A stretch of DNA of 64,000 nt from Escherichia coli (GCA_032372955.1 GCA_032372955.1_4725.1), one strand, 5' to 3'. Shown: positions 39,106 through 50,464, counted from the first letter of the stretch. Notes: generated from the letters alone by a model not told the origin. Program-made: numbers and translations.

Positions 39106-41680
39106 TCCTACAGCGCAATACTTGATAAATCATGCTGCGCTGAATGTGAACTGCCGTCCATTAATGGACAACCAGCATCGTATCAAGATGCGTCGTATTA
39201 CCGGAAAGACCGGCGCAGTAAAAAACTTTACGGCTTGGCATCGTACATTCAATCTTCCTGACGATACGAATACGTTCCATGTGTTTGTTATTGGACGACA
39301 TATGGGAGAGGATTTTAATGTTGGGGCTGGGCGGTTATGGTGGCGAGAACTCAGCAAGTTCTGTGAAGTGAAGGGATCGTATTACAATATCTATACCGAG
39401 GACGGTAAAGAATTCCCGTTGACATTAACGTGGACGGGTAATCTGGAAAACGAAACGATGCTGGTCTGTGTGCTAGACCAACCGAATATCGCTGACCTTG
39501 GCGTTGGTGATTATTACTGGCGCACTTATCTCAACGCTGACTTCGCAGAAGGCTATCCGTCATACACGAAACCGGCGGGGCGTGAAGTGCATGTCCTTGG
39601 GGGGATCGTAACCAGCTCGACACAGGTTCTACAGTGGCAGCGTCAGCTATACGCCTGGCGTAAAAAGATCCAGGAAACCGGTATCGGCTGGACGCACTGC
39701 AGTATCAACGGTGAAGCGGTTGAAGACATTCCGCCGACAAGTTTTAAGATCGGTGATAGCATTCAGGTCGTCTATGACGGTACCGTTGTTCATCGGTACA
39801 GCTTCCGTGTAGAAGATCTTAAAACGTACAACAGCGATCTGGACAAAAAAGTCAAGTATCTTATTCATCCACCGAAAGATGAAGTGGATACCAAGATCAG
39901 GTATCGTGATGACATTGATATCTACGTGAAAGGGCCTAACGGAAAAGGGCGTTATTACCATACCAACCAGGAAAATAGTATCCGCATGCTCACGCATCGT
40001 GATTACGGAATTCCTGTTGATTATGTCAGCTACTTCGTTGAACGGGTTGATGGAGCAGAATCGCTTCGTGATTTAACCCTGGAAGTGGTTGTCCGTGATA
40101 GCGGTTTGAAAACGCAGTTAACCTTCGAACATAACCGCATCCACGAATTGTATAAACTTCCAGACGACGTTATCGTCGGTGCGATGTTGGAACAGAACGC
40201 CAATATACCTGAGTTCTTTGCACGTACGCTTGAAGCCAGTGATTATACGCGCATCATGCGTAATAAGGAAAGCAATATCACGATCGACATGGTGACCTCC
40301 GCTTACGGGTATAATGCGATGGCAAAACTGGTTGCAGATAGTCCACAACGCGTTACCGACGATATGGGCACACCTACCGCTGAAGTACCATGGGGTTTGC
40401 GTGCAAATGCGACGTTCTTCGAGTACGACAGTGACGGTCTATTATTGGGTATCACGCAACATCCGGCAGGCCGACATTTTTATCCGCAATATGAAACCAC
40501 GTCCTATGTTGAGGGTCGATCGGGTGTTGGTGGGAGAACGCTTGATTACGTGATGGGTGTTGCCGACGTCCCAATCCGTGAGTGGGCGAGTTACCGCTGT
40601 TATAGCGTAAACCTTCGTAACGGACAACCTGTTGCGAACACATGGAAGGATGTTACCGACGATGCTTCTGTGGTAACGGAAGAGAACGGGGTAATAAAAT
40701 GGTCGTTGGATGGAAGAAAGCAAACCGGTTTAGTATTGTTCGACACCTACTTCTTAGCGTATAAGACCACAATACAACATCGTAACCACACCGTATGGTT
40801 GGATGTTACGACGGGTATTGATGTTGAATATCCGCTGCCTTTCGAACCCGGTCAAATCGAAGTATGGTTAGGTGACGAGCGAGCAACCAAAAGCTACAGC
40901 TTGGTACGCGATATCGATTATATCGTAAAATGGCCAACGATCGTAATCAACGCGAAACGGTATTTCAGTGAAGGGAACACACACACGGTTACCGTGAGAT
41001 GCACCGGTTTTCCGCGTACGGACTTAACCGGTGAAACCGTTTACGATACCGGTTGGACGATGCATAATCAGCTTTCTTACGACGATGTGTTTAATGTTCG
41101 TGACGATCACGTTGTTCGTATTGTGGTTGGTGGACGTATTTACGATCGTAGCGAAGTGGTTACCGCGGAGGACACGCAATACCCTGCCGACATCAAAGTT
41201 AACGATGGGGTACCTTATGCGATTTATCACGTTATTGCCCCTATCCGCGGTCTCGTGAACACAGACACGTATTATCTACGCGACAAAAGTCTTGAAACCG
41301 ATAAACGCGTTGAAGACTATATGTCCTTGTATTTCCCTCGTGTGAAGTATGATACGCCAGTAACGATCGAAAACAAATACCAGCTTATCAGCCCAACGTT
41401 GATGGCGGTAACGTACGATCTTATCAATGGTGTTATCGATCCCGATCCTGACATGCAGGACGTTAAACTGATGGATTTCATGGAGCCGTATAAATGGTTC
41501 TATGACTACGATCCTGCGTTACGTAATTACGATTGGCGGATGGTCTCTATTCATCCACACGACAGTTGGACGCCGCTTGAAGTTACGGTTAAACAACTGC
41601 GGTTCTTAGAACGCGTCAGTCGTGAGTTCTTGAAAGATCGCGTGGACTTCACGAAGTTTTACACAATCAAAGGTGAGTGA
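39086..41680 (+). CDS. hypothetical protein, 864 aa (possible structural)
   Basis: GTG start 39086 with GGAGG SD 6 nt upstream; 20-nt overlap with upstream gene. Confidence 0.65.
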   Translation: MVLNASNPTAQYLINHAALNVNCRPLMDNQHRIKMRRITGKTGAVKNFTAWHRTFNLPDDTNTFHVFVIGRHMGEDFNVGAGRLWWRELSKFCEVKGSYYNIYTEDGKEFPLTLTWTGNLENETMLVCVLDQPNIADLGVGDYYWRTYLNADFAEGYPSYTKPAGREVHVLGGIVTSSTQVLQWQRQLYAWRKKIQETGIGWTHCSINGEAVEDIPPTSFKIGDSIQVVYDGTVVHRYSFRVEDLKTYNSDLDKKVKYLIHPPKDEVDTKIRYRDDIDIYVKGPNGKGRYYHTNQENSIRMLTHRDYGIPVDYVSYFVERVDGAESLRDLTLEVVVRDSGLKTQLTFEHNRIHELYKLPDDVIVGAMLEQNANIPEFFARTLEASDYTRIMRNKESNITIDMVTSAYGYNAMAKLVADSPQRVTDDMGTPTAEVPWGLRANATFFEYDSDGLLLGITQHPAGRHFYPQYETTSYVEGRSGVGGRTLDYVMGVADVPIREWASYRCYSVNLRNGQPVANTWKDVTDDASVVTEENGVIKWSLDGRKQTGLVLFDTYFLAYKTTIQHRNHTVWLDVTTGIDVEYPLPFEPGQIEVWLGDERATKSYSLVRDIDYIVKWPTIVINAKRYFSEGNTHTVTVRCTGFPRTDLTGETVYDTGWTMHNQLSYDDVFNVRDDHVVRIVVGGRIYDRSEVVTAEDTQYPADIKVNDGVPYAIYHVIAPIRGLVNTDTYYLRDKSLETDKRVEDYMSLYFPRVKYDTPVTIENKYQLISPTLMAVTYDLINGVIDPDPDMQDVKLMDFMEPYKWFYDYDPALRNYDWRMVSIHPHDSWTPLEVTVKQLRFLERVSREFLKDRVDFTKFYTIKGE

Positions 41681-41682
41681 TA

Positions 41683-43416
41683 ATGGGAAGAGAGATTACC
41701 AATCCGGTGCTTTATGCACAACAGCATCCGGATAAACTCGCTATTCAGGATCTCGACAGACGCTATACCACCTATGCGTATAAAGAGATCTATAATGGCG
41801 TTGAAGAAGACTGGAAACTTTACGTTCCCAACGTGGATGATAAAGTTGAAGACTGGGATACGAATGCGGTGTACCGTGTTATCGCCGTAGACGATCGCAC
41901 AAAACTAAGTACCCTTAAACTTATCGGTCAGCTGTCTGCTCCGTTCGATGGCCAGGGCGACGGGACGACAACCTTTGAAGGTATCGATCCGACGTGGTCG
42001 TACGACACATGGCGTGTATTGATTAATACGAACACGATCCCAGCTACGATGAATATCGATCGTCGTTTCCATCTGCACGGCTCGGATATTCGACGTATCG
42101 CAGTGTTCCGCGGTTCTGATATTAGCGCCAAAGGCGAAATCATCAGTGCGATGTATGATAACAGCGGGAATAAGATCAGTGACTTTATTCCGTGTCAGCT
42201 TATCGCTTACAAAGATGGAACGAATAAAGCCATCTGGGCACCCCGTGAAGGCTACTGCATTAAACCCGTCGAAGATTTTGAGCAGGTGATGGTGGTGGGT
42301 TATGGTGACGGTCCGCAGCCGTTATCCATGAAGCGCATGATCGTTCGTATCACTGACTACGTGCGCACTCCAGACCAGGGTATTAAATATATTCTGGAAG
42401 ACGGGGTACGACTGAAATCAACATGGCTGAGCAGCAGCGATACCAAACTGCTTGAGTTACCGATCAACGTCAACCTGGACTCCGTTGACCTTCAGGCTGA
42501 AGTCACCTACAGTGATGGTTCCATTAAACATTGGCCGGTTACTGGTAACAAGGTTGTGTTGGATGGCCTTAACGTCTTCACGTCCCAGGTTATCAACAGC
42601 AAACACCCGCTGGCGTTACACTACTACCTGGATGACGATGAGGACACGTCCTACGCGTTACCTGGCGCAGTGAAACATATTAGTGTCCCTTATACCGTTG
42701 TTTCTAAAGAAGCGAAAGGGGCATACAGTGTTAAACTGTTCTGCTATCCGCAATGGGTATCTGATGCGGTGGGATACGAGCTGGTATTCTGGTTGTACAA
42801 CGTTGACCGTGAGCGATACTACAACGTAACCGATAAAGTACAATTGGCGCTGAACAGTCCTGAGTTTAATCCGAAGAAATACGGACAACCTCAGGAATTT
42901 GCGTACAACATCTGGTTAGATGAAGTCGATCCTACTGTTTACAAACGCGTACGTCATACGCAGACTATTCGAATGACGTTACTGCAAGCAGGTTCGGCAA
43001 CATCCGGTGATTACTGGACAGTAACGTTCAGTTCGCAAACAACGCCGACGACAACGGACGTGTACGGTCGTAATACGAAAGCGTTGTTTACTTACGATGT
43101 TGCTGGTAACGCGTATGTTGATTTGACGAACAAACACTCAGATCTGGGTGAATGGTTGAAGCAGCTTTACTACCCGATACATCCGCTCTATCTTGAGAAA
43201 ACGGAATCGAAAGCACCAGAACCGACCCACTTTGAAATCATGGTTGGTCCTAACGTGCAGAAACGTTTCGAAATCTCGCAATGGAATAGGAACAATAACG
43301 TCCCAGGTGGTACGGGACAGGATAACGCTAACCTGTATATCCGCTGGATTAAAGTACAGAATGGCGTCGACCTACATCTCGGTATCACAGCAGTCGTTAT
43401 TAGTAAAGTCGCATAA
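41683..43416 (+). CDS. hypothetical protein, 578 aa
   Basis: ATG 41683 with AGGTGA SD, just after upstream TGA. Confidence 0.7.
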   Translation: MGREITNPVLYAQQHPDKLAIQDLDRRYTTYAYKEIYNGVEEDWKLYVPNVDDKVEDWDTNAVYRVIAVDDRTKLSTLKLIGQLSAPFDGQGDGTTTFEGIDPTWSYDTWRVLINTNTIPATMNIDRRFHLHGSDIRRIAVFRGSDISAKGEIISAMYDNSGNKISDFIPCQLIAYKDGTNKAIWAPREGYCIKPVEDFEQVMVVGYGDGPQPLSMKRMIVRITDYVRTPDQGIKYILEDGVRLKSTWLSSSDTKLLELPINVNLDSVDLQAEVTYSDGSIKHWPVTGNKVVLDGLNVFTSQVINSKHPLALHYYLDDDEDTSYALPGAVKHISVPYTVVSKEAKGAYSVKLFCYPQWVSDAVGYELVFWLYNVDRERYYNVTDKVQLALNSPEFNPKKYGQPQEFAYNIWLDEVDPTVYKRVRHTQTIRMTLLQAGSATSGDYWTVTFSSQTTPTTTDVYGRNTKALFTYDVAGNAYVDLTNKHSDLGEWLKQLYYPIHPLYLEKTESKAPEPTHFEIMVGPNVQKRFEISQWNRNNNVPGGTGQDNANLYIRWIKVQNGVDLHLGITAVVISKVA

Positions 43417-43430
43417 GGTAATACAACGAT

Positions 43431-43451
43431 GGAGGGTGCCGAGCACCCTCC
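43431..43451 (+). promoter_or_regulatory. intercistronic stem-loop immediately upstream of terminase RBS
   Basis: ggagggtg-ccgag-caccctcc, 8-bp stem, no U-tract, directly followed by GGAGG SD. Confidence 0.3.
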
Positions 43452-43466
43452 ATCGGAGGAGTTTAT

Positions 43467-45698
43467 ATGTCGATTGTCGATCCGAAGAAAATCATCCTGT
43501 TTGAGGAAGATTGGGATTATTTTCCTCAGGCTGTCCCACACTGGGAAACAACAAACACAAGTTGGCGTGATTTAGCGATCTTGTATCGCCGTGAATTCGG
43601 TGTCCGAAACTCTGCGTTTTTCATGGCGTTATTAAACCCAAGATTAATCGGTGTTGATCCCCACGCACCGAATTTGACGTCAGAACAGATTCAGATGATC
43701 AGTGCGGAATGCTATCTTAATCCATGGTACTTCTTCCGTGAAGTGATGCGTGTTCCGGCTAAAGCGGGTGATAACAAAATCTCATTCCGTGCTAACCGCG
43801 GTAACATTCCGATGCTCTGGGGGATATTTACCCGAACGAACTGGTATCAGATACAGATACGTCAGACGGGTAAATCCATGACCATGTTAGGGTTGTTCTG
43901 TTATCTAACCTATGTTCGTAGTCGAAACACCGAGGTTATTCAGTTAACAAAAGACGGTGATGCCCGCACGAAAACGGTAGAAGACGTGCGTAGTATACGC
44001 GATCTGCTGCCTGCATATCTCTGGACGCTGGATAGTCGCGATTCATCGAACAAAGAGAACGTGACCTACACGCGTTTCAAGAACAAGCTATCGGTAAAGA
44101 TTCCACGTTCGGATAAGAAACAAGCAACAAACATCGGTCGTGGTCTAACAACCCCGCTATTCCATAGCGACGAAACCGCGTTTACGAAATACATCGAAAT
44201 CATTGTTCCTGCTGGTATCGGTGCGATGGGTGCGGCACGCGATGAAGCATTAAGCAACGGTGACCTGACGAGTATCATCTACACGACAACGGCAGGTGAA
44301 TTGGATAAACGCGAAGGCAAATGGGCTTATGAAGTTTTCATGCGTTCCGCGCCGTTCTCTGAAAGTTTCTTTGACTGCCGTAACGAAAAGCATCTGCACC
44401 AGACGGTATTGAACAACGTACCGTGCGAGCTCAGCAAAGCGACCGTCAGGATCGGGGCACAATGGAACCATGCTCAGCTGGGCTTCAGTGACGAATGGTT
44501 AGCAAAAACCATGAACGAAACGGAAGGTGATAAACTTCAGAAAGACCGCGACTACATGAACATTTGGACCAACGGTTCAGCAGAAAGCCCGTTAACCGCC
44601 GAGATGGTTGAGATGATCATGGCAGGACAACGTGAAATCGACCATATCGAGATCTCACCTGAAGGCTACTGCATTAACTGGTATATACCCCGAGGTAAAA
44701 TCGAGACATACATGCAGAACAACAAGGTGGTTGCTGGTTTAGATACCAGTGACGCGATAGGTCGTGATGCTATCGGTTTGGTGATGGTGGATGTGGAAAC
44801 AGCAGAAGTTGTTGCGACAGGACGTTTTAATAAACTGAGCCTGCTTTCTTTTGCTCGTTGGATGGCCAACTTCATGATGCGTTTTAAGAACGTCACGTTG
44901 ATTCCTGAACGTAAAAGCAGTGCAATCATGCTGTTAGACGCAATTGAAGAGTTCTTGCGGCAAGCAGGCATCGACGTGTTCAAACGTGTATACAACACGA
45001 TTGTGGACAGACATGCTGATAACCCAGCGATGTTCGAAGACCTGAAATTACCATTAAGCATGCGTGATGAAAGTTGGTACGCTCAACGTAAACGGCACTT
45101 GGGTTTCACAACGGATGCACGCAAACGTATGGAGTTGTATTCCGACATCTTGATGGAAGGTATTGTAGAAACCCGCGGGCAGTTACGCGATAAGATGCTG
45201 TGTTCAGAGATTCTTGGGTTGGTTATTAAAGATGGGCGTGTTGACCACCAGGACGGAATGCACGACGACATGACGTTCGCATGGATGTTAGCGATGTGGT
45301 TCATCAAGCGCGCTAAGAAACAGATTCATTACGGTATCGATCCACTTAAAGTCATGAGTCGTTTACCGGCATCTGTGACGGGTGAAATCGATCCGTATGA
45401 AGCTTATCTTAACCAACAGCAAGCGAAGCTACGTCAACGCGTTGCTGAAATCTATGAGTTGCTTAAGACCGAAACCAACGGCCTTATCTTGGATCGATTG
45501 GAGGCAGAGCTTCTTACCTATAAAGGAAAAATACGCGGGGAGGATTCAGCGTCTGTCTCTATCGACGCGATGATTACGAAAGCGAGGGAGGAACGAGCGA
45601 ATACGTATCGTCAAATAAGTCGCTCTTCGAACGAACGGAATATTTCTCGTAATGCGTGGATGACGATGGGTCAATACCGACCAGGGGGTTTTTTCTAA
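43467..45698 (+). CDS. terL: terminase large subunit
   Basis: P-loop-like IQIRQTGKSM, Walker B-like PLFHSDETAF, and nuclease-domain acidic motifs (VAGLDTSDAIGRDAIG ... HQDGMHDDMTFAWMLAMWF); 743 aa. Confidence 0.7.
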   Translation: MSIVDPKKIILFEEDWDYFPQAVPHWETTNTSWRDLAILYRREFGVRNSAFFMALLNPRLIGVDPHAPNLTSEQIQMISAECYLNPWYFFREVMRVPAKAGDNKISFRANRGNIPMLWGIFTRTNWYQIQIRQTGKSMTMLGLFCYLTYVRSRNTEVIQLTKDGDARTKTVEDVRSIRDLLPAYLWTLDSRDSSNKENVTYTRFKNKLSVKIPRSDKKQATNIGRGLTTPLFHSDETAFTKYIEIIVPAGIGAMGAARDEALSNGDLTSIIYTTTAGELDKREGKWAYEVFMRSAPFSESFFDCRNEKHLHQTVLNNVPCELSKATVRIGAQWNHAQLGFSDEWLAKTMNETEGDKLQKDRDYMNIWTNGSAESPLTAEMVEMIMAGQREIDHIEISPEGYCINWYIPRGKIETYMQNNKVVAGLDTSDAIGRDAIGLVMVDVETAEVVATGRFNKLSLLSFARWMANFMMRFKNVTLIPERKSSAIMLLDAIEEFLRQAGIDVFKRVYNTIVDRHADNPAMFEDLKLPLSMRDESWYAQRKRHLGFTTDARKRMELYSDILMEGIVETRGQLRDKMLCSEILGLVIKDGRVDHQDGMHDDMTFAWMLAMWFIKRAKKQIHYGIDPLKVMSRLPASVTGEIDPYEAYLNQQQAKLRQRVAEIYELLKTETNGLILDRLEAELLTYKGKIRGEDSASVSIDAMITKAREERANTYRQISRSSNERNISRNAWMTMGQYRPGGFF

Positions 45699-45783
45699 GA
45701 GTAGTCCGCAGACTCCCCGTTAATACCGGCGGGGAGACTATAACGTATTATAATACTAACGACGTATAACGTTGAGGTACGCC

Positions 45784-46092
45784 ATGGGCGATTCATTTGA
45801 TCATGACACACTTGAGCAATTACGTATTTTAATCAAACTTGTCGGGCAGCTGGAAACCGACGATAACTTAACAGATAACGCGCATTTTATTTTAAGCGAT
45901 AAGAACATCCTTGTCGAACGCATTCAAAATAAATGCCAACGTCTTCTGTTGTATGTAGAAGATCCTGATTGTTTAAGCGCTAGAACAAAACATCTATTCG
46001 ATGCGGGTATTCGTGTTTGCGCTCAATCGGAGGATCTTTTCTGTTGGCAAAGAGGTGTATTGTTTACGGCAAAAGGTCGCATTGAATTTTAA
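45784..46092 (+). CDS. hypothetical protein
   Basis: ATG 45784 with GAGG SD; ORF-track start 45772 is TTG. Confidence 0.55.
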   Translation: MGDSFDHDTLEQLRILIKLVGQLETDDNLTDNAHFILSDKNILVERIQNKCQRLLLYVEDPDCLSARTKHLFDAGIRVCAQSEDLFCWQRGVLFTAKGRIEF

Positions 46093-46104
46093 GGCAAACA
46101 TAGT

Positions 46105-46133
46105 CCTCCTCTGGGTTCCATTCCCAGAGGAGG
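46105..46133. terminator. GC-rich hairpin at a convergent gene junction
   Basis: Perfect 11-bp stem cctcctctggg/cccagaggagg with loop ttccatt. Confidence 0.5.
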
Positions 46134-46285
46134 CTATGAGGCCTGAGCATTTTTGGTCTGTCGAGCACTGTGAGAGAACGACAGTTAACCAGGAGAGGAC
46201 AAACGACTTAAAGGGATGGTACTCCTGGGTGAAGCCCTATGCTTCAAATAATAACCAACGTCAGTAAAGTTTTACCGTTACGTTG

Positions 46286-47530
46286 TTAACGCGACATCGC
46301 ACGTCGAACGTAATAGTTACGGCTAAACACACGAAGCAGGATATACAGAAAGACACCAGTGCGTGTCGCTGCAGCCTCAGCGTCGTTTCTCGCGTTGGTT
46401 GCTTTCTTAATGACTTCAGAGCCGAGTTTACGCAGTTCTAACAGTTTCGGGTTGCTGGTGCGGTTAGACGTGTACACGTTACGCATGTAGAATAAGAACG
46501 TAAGATCGCGCATATCGACCTTATTCAAGATGATATACTCGATAGCATGCTCCATTACAAGCCGCAACATCTGAGAGACCTGCTTTCCGTCCTTTGTCGG
46601 CCGTTCTACGTTAGCGCTGATATAGCTTAACGCTCGCTCAAGGGATAAAAGATTGGTAGTATGATGCACGTCGAGTATGACGACCATGAGCTCACGTTTA
46701 ACGAAACTTGTTCGGTCATAAGCGATTTCGAACAGATATTGACGATAAGTGGTTTCGTTGCGTTTAATGTCGCGGACAGCGAGGCCGTCGTCTAATTCTA
46801 CAGTTTGAGAGGACGTGCCTATCTTCTTACCCTCTTCATACATCGCATAGTACGTATCGGTGATACGGTTGATAACCTTACGGATTCCGGTATTCACATC
46901 ACGTACAAAACGTTCGGCGACGCTATCAGGTTCCAGGGTTGACCAACGACTGAAATGTGTGCTATTACGCGCGATGATGGCATTACAGCGTTCGTCGATG
47001 TACTCATTCCAGCTATTCATGCGCTTGATGCCTGATTTGAGTGTTAACTCATCGTACGCCTTAATGGCGATAGCCGGATCAGCGTTATAAGGATAACGTC
47101 GTGCTACCAGACCGCAAATGAATTTATAATGGAGGACTTGCATTGCTGCAAGCATCCCGGCTTCACGAACCTTTTCTTTTTTGATTTGTTTGCTGTGGAA
47201 GATCGCATAAAGCAACCAACAGCAACTTAGGTTAAAGGCGTTTGAGGCAACACGGTTGGTCTGCGTATTGTAAAAGGGCAGTTTACTCAAATCGCGTCGT
47301 AAGCTTTCTTCATCCATCATCAAGACGTCGGAAAACCACATATCGTTATGTCTTGTTGTGAATCGGATTTTCTGTACACCTAACAGAACCCCACCGAAAA
47401 AACGCATATGTTCTTGGTCTTGCGTACGGAAGCGTGTCGCGTAACGGATAACCTGATTAACAAAATACTCGTCGATGTCAATGCCTTCCGCATGCGCATT
47501 AAACACCTGTAAAATAGAAGACATGAGCAT
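46286..47530 (-). CDS. hypothetical protein
   Basis: 414 aa; ATG with GAGGGAG nearby (minus strand). Confidence 0.7.
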   Translation of the reverse strand: MLMSSILQVFNAHAEGIDIDEYFVNQVIRYATRFRTQDQEHMRFFGGVLLGVQKIRFTTRHNDMWFSDVLMMDEESLRRDLSKLPFYNTQTNRVASNAFNLSCCWLLYAIFHSKQIKKEKVREAGMLAAMQVLHYKFICGLVARRYPYNADPAIAIKAYDELTLKSGIKRMNSWNEYIDERCNAIIARNSTHFSRWSTLEPDSVAERFVRDVNTGIRKVINRITDTYYAMYEEGKKIGTSSQTVELDDGLAVRDIKRNETTYRQYLFEIAYDRTSFVKRELMVVILDVHHTTNLLSLERALSYISANVERPTKDGKQVSQMLRLVMEHAIEYIILNKVDMRDLTFLFYMRNVYTSNRTSNPKLLELRKLGSEVIKKATNARNDAEAAATRTGVFLYILLRVFSRNYYVRRAMSR

Positions 47531-47635
47531 GCTCCCTCAGATGGTAAACGTAATAAAGACTGTCATATCATCGCGAAATGGAGATTAAAATAAACCTACA
47601 TTACCTTCCTGATTACACTCGCGGAAGGCAATGCA

Positions 47636-48187
47636 ATGCCGTCCATACCACATAGGTCAGACATGAATATAGGATTAGAGTATATCGAATATGCATTAAC
47701 GTTCAACCTTTTCGAATTACATCGGCCCCTTCAATTGGGGTATTTGGTTAACGCCTCGGCAAACGAGGATAACTTCCAACTTCGGTTCACGCCACCGGGA
47801 TTACCCGACACGATCGTTGTCGAGGGTACCCTCGACAAACTTCGCGTTTATCTTCGTGACCCAGATGACCCTCAGCTTTTTTATCCTGGGTTCGCTTATA
47901 TGGTTAAAAACCATGTATTTCTCTTTACGGATACCGACATTGACGAGTGGTTTACTGAACAGTTTGCTGAATTCGGCTGTGTTACGGATTGGCGACACAA
48001 AGGCATGTCGCCATGCTGGATTCCCATTGAACGGTTTTGGGGTCATCAACATCAGCTTGGCTGTTATACGGTTGTTTTGGAAACCGCTGACTTCTTTGGG
48101 CATCGTGTATTACGCAACGCGAAATATGGTCGCGTCGTGGACCCATCAACGATAATTCATTCAGGTAAATTAAGGATTACAAGATGA
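47636..48187 (+). CDS. hypothetical protein
   Basis: ATG with GGAAGG SD; 183 aa. Confidence 0.65.
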   Translation: MPSIPHRSDMNIGLEYIEYALTFNLFELHRPLQLGYLVNASANEDNFQLRFTPPGLPDTIVVEGTLDKLRVYLRDPDDPQLFYPGFAYMVKNHVFLFTDTDIDEWFTEQFAEFGCVTDWRHKGMSPCWIPIERFWGHQHQLGCYTVVLETADFFGHRVLRNAKYGRVVDPSTIIHSGKLRITR

Positions 48188-48783
48188 GCTTTGTTCCAAC
48201 CTTTTCTAACGGTGTTGCAAGCGCTACACTTGACGACAACAATGTTACCGTGGAAATCCATCGCGGGTATCTTTCGGTGTATGATAACTCAACGGGATCG
48301 GATGCTTGTATATTCCGTTACCGTCTCGATGAAGATCGTTTCCAGATGGGCGCAATCTTCCAGAAGTTCGGTTTGGATTTCGAGACCCGCGTCGTCAGTG
48401 CGTTACAGCACAACCCGCTATGGATGATGTCAGCTGGCTTTACGCGTTGGCTTCACTACGGTGGCGATCCTCAAGCGGGCGTCATTCACTTCTTTCTGGA
48501 TAACGCCACCTACAACAACTGCATGGTTGTAGGTATTTCAATTAAACCAGAACAGTTACACCGACTGCTTTGTGTTGACGCATACATCGATGAAGACACA
48601 TTGCAAGATGATGCTGATCTCCTGCAGATGCTTATCAACGGAGATCCGTTAGACTTACGTCAACAAGCACCAACCGAACAAGTATGTTACACACCGACCT
48701 TTGCACCCGACCGAGTCCTGCACGGGCTTGGTGCGCTTTATGCGATGTTGATGGAGGTTTATGTCCCGTGCTTCAAAAATTAA
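48184..48783 (+). CDS. hypothetical protein
   Basis: ATGA overlap with upstream gene; AAGGA SD; 199 aa. Confidence 0.65.
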   Translation: MSFVPTFSNGVASATLDDNNVTVEIHRGYLSVYDNSTGSDACIFRYRLDEDRFQMGAIFQKFGLDFETRVVSALQHNPLWMMSAGFTRWLHYGGDPQAGVIHFFLDNATYNNCMVVGISIKPEQLHRLLCVDAYIDEDTLQDDADLLQMLINGDPLDLRQQAPTEQVCYTPTFAPDRVLHGLGALYAMLMEVYVPCFKN

Positions 48784-49121
48784 TGATTCCCAGCGTAAAT
48801 GCGGTCATTGATGATGAAACAAAAACCGTTCATGAAATCGTTGTTTCAGGAAACCATTACTACACCGTAAGCTGGTATCCACCAGATAACCGCATCTTTT
48901 TCAAACCGCATATCGAAATCCGTCGAGGAGATCATGAAGGATTGCTCTTGGGGTATATCCGACTCGACGGAGATAATACCCCACCCTGTTTTGAAAATGT
49001 GAACTTACACGATCCGCAACAATGGATAAAGATCATCGCTCAATCACGTTTATACAAGACGATGATAAAGAAGGAAGATGTATTCGAATCGTTAAAGGTT
49101 CATGCAGAAATAGGCTGTTAA
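48783..49121 (+). CDS. hypothetical protein
   Basis: Internal ATG 48783 in TAATG overlap; upstream part of ORF 48684..49121 overlaps the previous gene. Confidence 0.5.
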   Translation: MIPSVNAVIDDETKTVHEIVVSGNHYYTVSWYPPDNRIFFKPHIEIRRGDHEGLLLGYIRLDGDNTPPCFENVNLHDPQQWIKIIAQSRLYKTMIKKEDVFESLKVHAEIGC

Positions 49122-49147
49122 CATAAAAGAGATAAACAGATACTACG

Positions 49148-49185
49148 CCGTCTCGAGTTGTCTCGAGACGGTAAGTTTATACTGT
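49148..49185 (+). terminator. rho-independent terminator
   Basis: Perfect 10-bp stem ccgtctcgag/ctcgagacgg, loop ttgt, then T-rich gtaagtttatactgtttt. Confidence 0.6.
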
Positions 49186-49426
49186 TTTGCTTATTCATTT
49201 GAGCAATACTGAATGCTTACTCTCTCCCTTAAAAAGGAGAGGGCCGGTAGGCCAGTATTACTTGGGAGAATGGGGAGGCGGGGAGCATTATATCTGTTTA
49301 CTATCTTTAGATAGGACATAGCTTAATAGAGATAAGAACACGTTATTAACAATACGTAAAACATAACCTCTTTTAAACTTAATATGTCAATTAAACAACA
49401 TATCAAACATACTAAGGATTTCTATC

Positions 49427-50464
49427 ATGGATCAATTACCAGGATTAGATAACATCACTTATTCAGCTTCTCTTGTTCTTAATCGTCACGTCATCGCTGT
49501 CACGAGTGGTATAGTACCACGGGAGTTGATAACGCAATCCCCTTGTTCGTTACTATTGCGTGTACAGCATACCAGCGTTCCTGTACACAAGCCCTTTGTT
49601 TACCCAGAGCGTGAAGACAAATGGTTAAAGATGGTGGAGGGCCCACTGCACTGGACAACGCTAGCAGATGAAGAAGGACTAAGTGACCAAGAGAAAGATG
49701 ACGTGTTCCTCAGCGTACGTAATCTGGCTGCTTTCGTCGTCGCTAGTCGTATGGATACCCATGAGGAACGCGTAGCCGAAATCGATAGCAAGTTACGTTA
49801 CCTACTCGCTAATCCGGCTCGTGAGCCATACGCTAAAGAAGAAGTCGACGGTGTTCTGTTTGAATATTACCAATTCGAAGTTAGTAATAATGACTTAGGA
49901 TCGACAATGGTGCCCACGGCACGTTTAGGCCAGGTATCAGATTTAATCCGTAATGATTGGCTTTATCGTACGCATCCTGTTTTCTTTGCGAAAGGCGATC
50001 AGCCGTTAATTACCGCAGCATTCATTGCAGGATACAATAAAGAAACCGATAAAGGTGAGATTTATCTCGCGGTTTATCGCGGCCATATCCCTATCAGTAC
50101 GGGCGGTAAGCTACAATTTTGGGGTATCGATTTCACTATCTTGGATTGCGGGTTACTGCTACGCGACAAACGTGCGTTAACGCTTCTGGATTATAACTTC
50201 CAGGATCTTACCGTAATGGATCTGAAGCAGGCTATTCCTATCATGGAGTATCCTACCAAAACCGGCGTTAAGAATTTCATCGCTGCTGCAGAGGAAAGCC
50301 CGTTAGGGACATGGCATGTTAGCCTGCAATACAACGGGACAGAATGGTATCGTGATAAACATGCTCCGGAAGTTGATCCTGCGTTAAAAGAGCGTTTATT
50401 ACGCGAGCTTGAACGATTCGTTGCAATGGAGAAAATGAACAATGACGTTAACAACGAACAATGA
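49427..50464 (+). CDS. hypothetical protein
   Basis: ATG with AAGGA SD after a 300-bp AT-rich intergenic region; 345 aa. Confidence 0.7.
   Translation: MDQLPGLDNITYSASLVLNRHVIAVTSGIVPRELITQSPCSLLLRVQHTSVPVHKPFVYPEREDKWLKMVEGPLHWTTLADEEGLSDQEKDDVFLSVRNLAAFVVASRMDTHEERVAEIDSKLRYLLANPAREPYAKEEVDGVLFEYYQFEVSNNDLGSTMVPTARLGQVSDLIRNDWLYRTHPVFFAKGDQPLITAAFIAGYNKETDKGEIYLAVYRGHIPISTGGKLQFWGIDFTILDCGLLLRDKRALTLLDYNFQDLTVMDLKQAIPIMEYPTKTGVKNFIAAAEESPLGTWHVSLQYNGTEWYRDKHAPEVDPALKERLLRELERFVAMEKMNNDVNNEQ

Noticed and set aside
45710-45739. Hairpin after the terminase gene (ctccccg / cggggag)
   Set aside because: Not called as a terminator: 10-nt loop, one mismatch, and no U-tract downstream; possibly just part of the next gene's leader.
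46001-46267. ORF of 88 aa between convergent genes
   Set aside because: Spans the 46105 hairpin and overlaps the end of gene 45784..46092; no RBS.
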